Shown here in pieces: positions 57,115 through 64,000 of a DNA stretch of 64,000 bases (positions are counted from its first letter, which is position 1; each line of letters starts with the position of its first letter). A model generated the notes under the pieces. It saw only the letters and a list, made by a program, of their open reading frames with translations, did not search any database and was not told the origin of the DNA. The translations under genes and the position numbers were made by a program. This stretch comes from Planctomycetota bacterium (GTDB taxonomy: Bacteria > Planctomycetota > B15-G4), in the NCBI GenBank assembly GCA_029259715.1, contig JAJDEP010000014.1:259551-323550 (forward strand). The letters are read 5' to 3'.

Positions 57115-60113
57115 CCCCGGCCCGGGTGGATCCGTCGGAGGACCTGCGGCGCCTGGCGCAGCTGCGACAGACCGGTCACCTCGACACCAGCGCCTGCCGG
57201 GAGGACCTGTCGCGTGCCGGCTTCGCCGACGGGCGCGCCGCCACCGAGGCCCTCGACCAGTACCTGGACGCGCCGGCCGCCGACACCCCCGCCGACGCCC
57301 TGCTGGCGGCGTGCGGATCGAGCGCGGACCCCGACCGAGCCCTGCTCAACGCGGTGCGACTGCTCGGGCTCACGCCGAGATCGGAGCGCCCCGAGCGCGC
57401 GGTCGACCTGGCGCACCTGGCGGCGTTCCTCGGGGCCAGCCAGCACATGGCCGACCTGCTGCACCGTCGTCCCGACCTGCTCGCCACCCTCGGCGAGCCG
57501 TTCGATGCCGACGGGGCCGTCGAGCGCTACGTCACCGCCGGGGCGGGCGGCGACCGTGAGCGGGCGTTGCGGCTCACCCAGCAGGCCGACCTGATCGCCA
57601 TCGCGTGGATGGACATGATCGATGGCGAGGACATCGAGCACGTCACCTCCATGATCTCGCGCCTGGCCGACGCGGCGGTCATCGGCGCGGCCCGCGGCCT
57701 CGGGGCGGACGAGCGCTTCGCGATCATCGGTTTCGGCAAGCTCGGCGGCTACGAGCTCAACTACAGCAGTGACATCGACCTGATCTTCGTGCGGCCCGAC
57801 GACGTCACCGACGGGGCCTCGGCCGACCGAACGGCGCGCGCCTTCGTGCAACTGCTCGGGCGCCAGACGGCGGACGGGCACCTCTACCGCGTCGACATGC
57901 GGCTGCGCCCCGAGGGGGGCGCCGGGCAGCTCACCCGCGGGCTGACGTCGTGCCTCGACTACTACCACAGCACCGGTCGGCCCTGGGAGCGACAGATGCT
58001 CACCAAGGCCCGGGTGATCTGCGACGCCGGCACGACCGGCGCGCAGTTCGTCGAGGGCACGCGTCAGTGGATCCTGCAGTGCGGCCTCGACCACGCTTCG
58101 GTGCGACAGTTCAAACGCCTGAAGGCGGCATCCGAGGCCCGGGCCTCGCAGCAGTCGTCGGACGACGGCCGCGCGGACATCAAGCAAGCGCCCGGCGGCA
58201 TCCGCGACATCGAGACGGTGATGCAATTCCTCTCGCTGCAGCACGCGACCAAGAACCCCGAGCTGCTGTGCCCGAACACGTTGCAGGGGCTCGAACGGCT
58301 GCGCGTCGCGGGCGCCCTCACGAGCCTCGAGTCGTCGCGGCTGCGGCTGGCCTACCGCTTCCATCGCCGCGTCGAGAACCTGCTGCAGGTCATGCACCGG
58401 GTGCAGACGCACCGCCTGCCCGAACACCGCGAGGCCCTCGCCCGGCTCATGGGTCGCCGGGACGTCGAGGCCTTCGATAGCGAGCTGGGCGAGCACCAAC
58501 GACGCGTGCGCGACATCTTCGAGCGTCACTTCCTCCGACCCTTCGCCGACATCGAAGGCGAGGCCGCACACCTCGCCGACTGGTTCCTCGATCCGCGCGG
58601 GGGGCGCGAGAAGGCCCTGCTCGCCCTCGAGGCGCTCGGTTTCCACCAGCCCCAGGCGAGCTTCGACGTGCTCGAGCGGGCGTCCACGCCGGTCTCCCGC
58701 TTCCTGCCCGCGTCGCCGCGGCTGCTGTCGGCCTTCGCCGACGTCGCGCCCAAGCTGCTGGAGCGGCTCGCGCTGCAGCCCGACGCCGACACCGCGCTCG
58801 ACCGCTTCGAACGCATGACCCGCGGCGTCGGCGCCCGCGAAGTGCTCTACCAACAGCTGGCGGCCGAGCCGCAGCTGCTCGAGATGCTGTGCGACCTCGC
58901 CGGCGGCAGTCCCTATCTGGCCGACATCCTCATCCACCAGGCCCACATCTTCGACGACTTCGTGGATGCGCTGCTCACCGGCGAACGGGGTCAGCGGGTG
59001 CGCCGTCGCCTGCTCGACGAACTGGGCGCCGCCACGGCGGGCGATCCCTGGCTGGTGCTCAACGATCACCGCCAGCTCGAGTTGCTGCGCATCGGCCTGC
59101 TCGACCTGACCGACCTGACGCCCACCCGCGAGACGCTGGGTGACCTCAGCCAGCTGTGCATCGACGTGTTGCGGCACGCCTTCAACGTGATCGGGTCATC
59201 CGCCCGCCGCACATGGGGCGACCCGATGAGCGTGCGCGGCCTGTCGGCCAAGGTCTCGGCCGGCATGGTCGTCCTGGCCATGGGCAAGGTCGGCGGGATG
59301 GAGGCCAACTACGCCAGCGACGCCGACCTGGTCTTCATCTACAGCGGCGACGGGAACACCGACCAGGGCGTGGAGAACCGGATCTTCTTCACCCGTGTGG
59401 CCGAGGAGCTCATCGCCCACGTGGGCGGGAACAAGGGCGGGCCGCGGCTCTACAAGATCGACACGCGCCTGCGACCCGAGGGCAACAAGGGTCCGCTGGT
59501 CATGAGCCTGAAGGCCTTCGAGGCCTACTACCGGGGACCCCGGGCAGCGCTGTTCGAGTTCCAGGCGCTGTTGAAGGCCCGCGTGGTGGCAGGCGACGCC
59601 GCGCTCGGACAGAAGGTGCTGGCCCTGACGCGCACGCTCGTGCGGCGTTACGACATCCCGCACGACCTGGCCGAGCGCATGCGCACCATGCGCGGCAAGA
59701 TCGAGGCGGCGGCGCCCGAGCGGGACCTGAAGCGCGGCACCGGGGGCATGATCGACATCGAGTTCCTGACCCAGCACCTGCAACTCGTGCACGCGGCCCA
59801 GCACCCGTCGCTGCTGGTCCCCGAGACCCCGCGCGCCCTCGAGATCGCCGCCGGGCTCACGGTGTTGCCGGTCCGCGTCGCGCACTGGCTGCGCGACACC
59901 TACCTCTTCTTCCGGCGCGTGGAGACCCGGCTGCAGATCGCCATGGGCCTCGACACGAAGGAGGTCCCCACCGACCCGGCCGCGCTGCGTTCCCTGGCCC
60001 TGCGCCTCGGCTACGCCGACGCCGCGGAAGGCGATGCCGGGCACCAGCTGCTGGTCGACCTCGAGGACTCCGCCAAGGAGACCCGCGCCTGGTACGACCG
60101 CCTGCTCGTGTGA
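57111..60113 (+). CDS. glnE: bifunctional glutamine synthetase adenylyltransferase / adenylyl-removing enzyme
   Basis: Two nucleotidyltransferase domains (GKLGGYELNYSSDIDLIFV and GKVGGMEANYASDADLVFIY). GTG start overlaps the heptosyltransferase stop (GTGA). Confidence 0.85.
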   Translation: MTPARVDPSEDLRRLAQLRQTGHLDTSACREDLSRAGFADGRAATEALDQYLDAPAADTPADALLAACGSSADPDRALLNAVRLLGLTPRSERPERAVDLAHLAAFLGASQHMADLLHRRPDLLATLGEPFDADGAVERYVTAGAGGDRERALRLTQQADLIAIAWMDMIDGEDIEHVTSMISRLADAAVIGAARGLGADERFAIIGFGKLGGYELNYSSDIDLIFVRPDDVTDGASADRTARAFVQLLGRQTADGHLYRVDMRLRPEGGAGQLTRGLTSCLDYYHSTGRPWERQMLTKARVICDAGTTGAQFVEGTRQWILQCGLDHASVRQFKRLKAASEARASQQSSDDGRADIKQAPGGIRDIETVMQFLSLQHATKNPELLCPNTLQGLERLRVAGALTSLESSRLRLAYRFHRRVENLLQVMHRVQTHRLPEHREALARLMGRRDVEAFDSELGEHQRRVRDIFERHFLRPFADIEGEAAHLADWFLDPRGGREKALLALEALGFHQPQASFDVLERASTPVSRFLPASPRLLSAFADVAPKLLERLALQPDADTALDRFERMTRGVGAREVLYQQLAAEPQLLEMLCDLAGGSPYLADILIHQAHIFDDFVDALLTGERGQRVRRRLLDELGAATAGDPWLVLNDHRQLELLRIGLLDLTDLTPTRETLGDLSQLCIDVLRHAFNVIGSSARRTWGDPMSVRGLSAKVSAGMVVLAMGKVGGMEANYASDADLVFIYSGDGNTDQGVENRIFFTRVAEELIAHVGGNKGGPRLYKIDTRLRPEGNKGPLVMSLKAFEAYYRGPRAALFEFQALLKARVVAGDAALGQKVLALTRTLVRRYDIPHDLAERMRTMRGKIEAAAPERDLKRGTGGMIDIEFLTQHLQLVHAAQHPSLLVPETPRALEIAAGLTVLPVRVAHWLRDTYLFFRRVETRLQIAMGLDTKEVPTDPAALRSLALRLGYADAAEGDAGHQLLVDLEDSAKETRAWYDRLLV

Positions 60114-60123
60114 ACCGTCGCCT

Positions 60124-61317
60124 CTAGGGCGCTCCGGTCAGGACCCGGCGCGCCTCGGTGCACCAGGCATCCCAGCGGGGCTCGCCACCGGCCACGTTCC
60201 AGGTCAGGTCACCGCGGCGGGAGACGGCGAACTGGATGCGCCAGTCGACGCCGCCGATGATCTCGCCTTCGGGGCTGATCATGGCCGACTGCACGTCGGC
60301 GACGATGCGCATGTCGTGCAGCTCGTGGAAGTTGGGCGCCGCGGTGTTGATCACGGGCTGGACGTCCTGGGCCACGAGGTATTCGTCGTACAGGAAGCGC
60401 GCGGGGAAGCCATCGGCCTCCGCAGAGCGCACCGGACGCCAGGGGATCTCTTGCACCAGGGCGTCGCCGCGCATGATGCGGTGCCGGTAGACCTGGGCGA
60501 ACGAGTAGGACCCGGCGTCGCGCGGGCCGTCGTGACGGTAGACGAGCATGCACCGGGGCGCGCCCTCGAACTCGTCGCCGCCGATGAACAGCATCAAGCG
60601 GCCGTCGAGGGCTTCCTCGGCCCCTTCGATGCCGAACGACGAGAACGACTCGAGCAGCTCGAGGCCGCGGGCCTTGTCCTGTTCTCGGGCGGACTCGAGG
60701 CTGTCGATGTTCACGGCGCTGTCGAGCACCTCGTCCAACGCCGTGAGGCGCAGGTCGAGCTGACGGTCGCCGGTGAGCCCGTTCTCGAGGAACGGCTGCG
60801 AGGTGGCCATGTCGAGAGCGATCTGCGTGGCGGTCGCCATGGCGAGCCCCTGGAGCTGGCTCAGCTGGCCCCGCGCCGTGTCGTAGGCGGCGTCCACCTC
60901 GGCCTGGAAGCTGCGGCGTTCTGCCGCGCCCCAGCCCTTCAGACCCCGCTCGTCGGTCGCGAGCTTGAGCGGCGCGTGCAGGCCGCCCACGCGCTGGGCG
61001 AGCTGCCCGGTGACCGCGTTCACCGCCGGCCCCGTCTCCAGCAGCAGCATGTCGATCACGGCGTCGAGGCGCTCACCCCGATCGCGGCTCACCTGTCCGT
61101 GGGTCGGCTGCCCCGACACCAGGGTCGTTCCGTTCGACGAGGGTGCGAAGGACGTCACCATCGGCGCCGCCGTCACCGGCCGCGGTGGCGGCGCAGCGCT
61201 CGGCGGGGAATAGAGCCATTCCGGCGCCGTGCAGCCGGCGCTCAAGGCGACCAGGGCGAGCCCGGCCGCCGCCAGACGGCGGCGAGGGCGGGCGGGCTTC
61301 TCGGCAGGGTTCGTCAT
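60124..61317 (-). CDS. hypothetical lipoprotein
   Basis: Lipobox LVALSAGC. High-GC3 ORF. No recognisable domain. Confidence 0.55.
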   Translation of the reverse strand: MTNPAEKPARPRRRLAAAGLALVALSAGCTAPEWLYSPPSAAPPPRPVTAAPMVTSFAPSSNGTTLVSGQPTHGQVSRDRGERLDAVIDMLLLETGPAVNAVTGQLAQRVGGLHAPLKLATDERGLKGWGAAERRSFQAEVDAAYDTARGQLSQLQGLAMATATQIALDMATSQPFLENGLTGDRQLDLRLTALDEVLDSAVNIDSLESAREQDKARGLELLESFSSFGIEGAEEALDGRLMLFIGGDEFEGAPRCMLVYRHDGPRDAGSYSFAQVYRHRIMRGDALVQEIPWRPVRSAEADGFPARFLYDEYLVAQDVQPVINTAAPNFHELHDMRIVADVQSAMISPEGEIIGGVDWRIQFAVSRRGDLTWNVAGGEPRWDAWCTEARRVLTGAP

Positions 61318-61495
61318 CGCGTGCGGTGTCTTCGCCTGGGAACAGTGGTGACCACGGACGTGACCACGGGAATCGCCACCCCGGGGTCGCCCTTCGACGA
61401 GGACAGAGCGGCCACTCTTCCTGTCCCGGTCCCGGGATTCAGGGCCACGGGCCTCGCGGCACCGTCATACCAGCCGGAGCGGGCGGATACCCGCA

Positions 61496-62542
61496 CTAGC
61501 CGGGCAGCAGCCCGTGGGAACGCATCCACGCCACCGTCTCGGCCAGGCCCTCGGCCAGGGGCCGCGCCCTGTAGGCGAAGTCCTTGGCCGCGAAGTCCGA
61601 GCTGTAGGCCCAGCTGTGGCTGTCCATGGCGAAGCGCTCGGGGCTGCGCGGGTCGCCGCTGCCCAGCAGCTTGCCCAGCAGGCCGCCGCGCGGCTTCACG
61701 TGACCGGGCGCCGCCACTCCGGCCAGCGCGCCGAACTTCGAGAACAGCTCGTTCACCGTGACGTTCTCGCCGCCGAGGAAGTAGTGCCAGTGCAGGAAGC
61801 CCGGCGGCGGCCAGGTGCCCGAATCGTCGCCCGACTCCATGGCGGCCACGTGCCCGGCGGCCACGTCCGCCACATGGACGAGGTTCCAGATCTGCTCACC
61901 GTCCCCGGGGATGCCCGGGTAACGCCCCGCGGCGTGATCGGCCAACATGCGCAGGATGCGATTGCCCGGGCGCAGGTCGTCGACGCCGGAGACCGCGGCG
62001 AGCTCGGGTCCGTACATCATCGTCGGCATCAGCGCGAGCACCGGCTCGGAGGTGGAGACGTGCTGGTTGACCGCGTTCTCGCCGTCGTACTTGCTCTCCT
62101 CGTGAGCGTCGTGCATGTCGCTCGGATCGTGGGTCCAGTACTCGTCGGCCACCTGGTCGGGGGCGCTGCGGGGCAGGCCCGTGCGTCCCACGGCGAAGTA
62201 GCTCGAGGTGCAGACCACTCGCTCGACGTCCCGCTCGTGGGCGAGGGCCAGCAGCGTCTCCACCGCCTGGTGGTTGACGGCGTCGTAGGCGTCGCGCGAG
62301 AGCCCGTCGCGCACCTCGGCAGCGCCGTGGAACACGCGCGTGATGCCGTCGAGGGCCGCGGCCACGTCCTCGCGTCGCGTCACATCGCCGCGCACCACCT
62401 CGACGTCGCCGCCGTCCTGCAGTCCGTCGATGTCGCTGGACGGGCGGGCCAGGATGCGCAACGCATTGCCGCGTTGCTTGAGGGCCGCGACGAGGTGTCG
62501 GCCCAGGTAGCCCGTTCCGCCCGTGACGAGGATGCGTCCCAT
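61496..62542 (-). CDS. NAD-dependent epimerase/dehydratase (SDR) family protein
   Basis: VTGGTGYLGRHLV Rossmann motif. YxxxK context (SKYDGE). Confidence 0.75.
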   Translation of the reverse strand: MGRILVTGGTGYLGRHLVAALKQRGNALRILARPSSDIDGLQDGGDVEVVRGDVTRREDVAAALDGITRVFHGAAEVRDGLSRDAYDAVNHQAVETLLALAHERDVERVVCTSSYFAVGRTGLPRSAPDQVADEYWTHDPSDMHDAHEESKYDGENAVNQHVSTSEPVLALMPTMMYGPELAAVSGVDDLRPGNRILRMLADHAAGRYPGIPGDGEQIWNLVHVADVAAGHVAAMESGDDSGTWPPPGFLHWHYFLGGENVTVNELFSKFGALAGVAAPGHVKPRGGLLGKLLGSGDPRSPERFAMDSHSWAYSSDFAAKDFAYRARPLAEGLAETVAWMRSHGLLPG

Positions 62543-62552
62543 GTCCGGCCCG

Positions 62553-64000
62553 TCAGCTGTCGCTGAACCGGATGGCGGAACCGTCCATCTCGGTCTTCGT
62601 CGGATCGATGCCGTACCTCAAGAGCACCGTAGGAGCCACGTCCTCGAGGCCGGCGCGACGCGTCTCGCTCTGGCGCTTGGACGTGAACAGAACGCCCTGC
62701 ACGTGGGACGGGTCCACCGACACGTGGTCGCCCGACCAGTGCCCTTCGTTGTCGGTGACGGCGGCCTTGGCCAGGTCGCCCATGGTGTTGCTGCCCGCCA
62801 CCCGGTGGTACGGCGTGTAGCCCATGAACAGGTCGGCGAAGCCGGCGTTCTCGTAGGGCACGTCGCGCCCGCTCTCGCGGCGCATGAGCGTGCCTTCACG
62901 CCACCACGGCCCGTCGAACAGCTCGTCGCGGCGTGAGCACGAGGTCACCAGCTTGACCCCGTTCTCGTCGGTCACCTCGAGCAGGTCGGCGCGGATGGCC
63001 TCGATCACGGCGTCGTAGTCGTCCGGCTCGACGAACCCGTCGGGCTCGCGGCCCTTCAGGTTGATGAAGACCTTGCCGAGCCCCATGGAGTAGGCCTGGG
63101 TCTGCGTCCAGTCGACGTAGTTGAGCAGGTTGGTGGGCTCACCCGACGCCAGGTACTCCTCGACGGTGTCGGCGCCCTTGAGCTTCAGGTAGCCGAGGTC
63201 GGCCAGCAGGTTGTTCAGGTTGATCGAGCGGCGCCACGACGTGAACCCGTGGTCGGAGATGATCATCAGCAGGGGATCGTTCCCGAGGGCGCCCGACTCC
63301 ATCGTGTCGAGCACCGTGCCCACCAGCCGGTCCGCCTCCTTGTAGATGTGCTGGATCGCCTCGCTGAGCGGGAAGGTCTCACCGAACATCTCGACCTGCG
63401 TCTCGTGGTAGCCGGGCTTGTGCCCGGGGTGGTCCGGGTTGCGCAGCGGGTGTTCGGGGTCGAACTCGCGGAAGAGCATGTGCGCCACGCGGTCGGTGTC
63501 GCCCCACACCTGGTAGTACACGTCCCACTCGTCGGGCGACTCCAGGCTCTTGGCCAGGATCTTGCCGCGCCAGCTGCAGTTCTCCTCGGTGTCGTCGAGG
63601 AACGACTGGGCCGAGAACTCGGTGTCCTCGATGTCTTTCAGCGGGTTGGCCATGCAGCCCCAGCCGAGGGTCTCGAAGGGCTGACCGATCATCGCGGCCA
63701 GGCGCGGCGCGAAGTCGGGCGGCGAGCTGATGGGCAGCCACTCGGGCGGCTCGCGCGGATCGATGCAGATGGGCGGCGTGAAGATGTGCACCACCTCGTC
63801 GTCGCAGCGGATGACGTGGAAGCGCACCAGGCCGTGGGCGGTGAACTTGCCGCCGAGGCCGAAGTCGACGTCGAGGTAGTCGGTCCAGCCGCCCACCGGC
63901 ACGGTCTCCGAACGCCCCTGCACCACGAAGGTGACCGTCCCTGCCGACGGGTCTGAACGCATCGTCACCGGGACGGTGACCTTCTCGCCGCGCCCCTTCC
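62553..64000 (-). CDS. alkaline-phosphatase-superfamily protein (type I phosphodiesterase / nucleotide pyrophosphatase-like); 5' end beyond window
   Basis: IISDHGF and downstream His motifs of the AP superfamily. The reading frame continues without a stop to the window end, so it is N-terminally truncated here. Confidence 0.65.
   Translation of the reverse strand, partial: KGRGEKVTVPVTMRSDPSAGTVTFVVQGRSETVPVGGWTDYLDVDFGLGGKFTAHGLVRFHVIRCDDEVVHIFTPPICIDPREPPEWLPISSPPDFAPRLAAMIGQPFETLGWGCMANPLKDIEDTEFSAQSFLDDTEENCSWRGKILAKSLESPDEWDVYYQVWGDTDRVAHMLFREFDPEHPLRNPDHPGHKPGYHETQVEMFGETFPLSEAIQHIYKEADRLVGTVLDTMESGALGNDPLLMIISDHGFTSWRRSINLNNLLADLGYLKLKGADTVEEYLASGEPTNLLNYVDWTQTQAYSMGLGKVFINLKGREPDGFVEPDDYDAVIEAIRADLLEVTDENGVKLVTSCSRRDELFDGPWWREGTLMRRESGRDVPYENAGFADLFMGYTPYHRVAGSNTMGDLAKAAVTDNEGHWSGDHVSVDPSHVQGVLFTSKRQSETRRAGLEDVAPTVLLRYGIDPTKTEMDGSAIRFSDS

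Noticed and set aside
56958-59177. 739-aa minus-strand ORF
   Set aside because: Antisense to glnE.

Overview
This is a ~70% GC chromosomal window with tightly packed genes and many 1-4 nt stop/start overlaps (GTGA/ATGA). It contains three Ser/Thr kinases (one fused to a sigma-54 enhancer-binding module), an STK-associated ECF sigma factor, a CHASE hybrid histidine kinase and several large FG-GAP beta-propeller surface proteins. That content is typical of a Myxococcota-like or similar high-GC Gram-negative genome, but the taxon cannot be proven from the sequence.

Most features are housekeeping or accessory genes. The housekeeping set is:
- purH.
- prfB, with its programmed +1 frameshift.
- Split coaB and coaC.
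- xth, rsmD, aroB, folC, dprA and glnE.
- An LPS-core pair: a Kdo-kinase-like gene and a GT9 heptosyltransferase.

The accessory set is:
- A four-gene ABC efflux operon (ATPase, MacA-like adaptor, two FtsX permeases), followed on the same strand by an STK and a lipoprotein hydrolase.
- An ECF sigma/STK-TPR pair.
- A 1689-aa STK-GAF-sigma54-activator-HTH fusion downstream of a membrane vWA protein.
- Three FG-GAP/VCBS-repeat secreted proteins.
- A LOG-family protein.
- Several hypothetical lipoproteins and membrane proteins.

Observations most worth a second look:
1. An AhpD/carboxymuconolactone-decarboxylase-family gene is interrupted by a single in-frame TGA exactly at the second Cys of its CxxC redox motif. 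This is a candidate selenoprotein.
2. The vWA gene followed by the STK-sigma54-activator megaprotein is a possible undescribed signalling module.
3. A 14-bp tandem repeat of about 5.5 copies, each able to form a hairpin, lies between coaC and prfB.
4. folC sits head-to-head with a peptidase-C26 gamma-glutamyl-hydrolase-like gene, with start codons about 5 bp apart.

No rRNA, tRNA, CRISPR array, transposase or integrase could be supported. Most long ORFs on the strand opposite recognisable genes are high-GC antisense artefacts and were rejected. Coordinates come from the ORF track plus codon counting; positions read directly off the sequence lines (repeats, hairpins) are accurate to about +/-2 nt.
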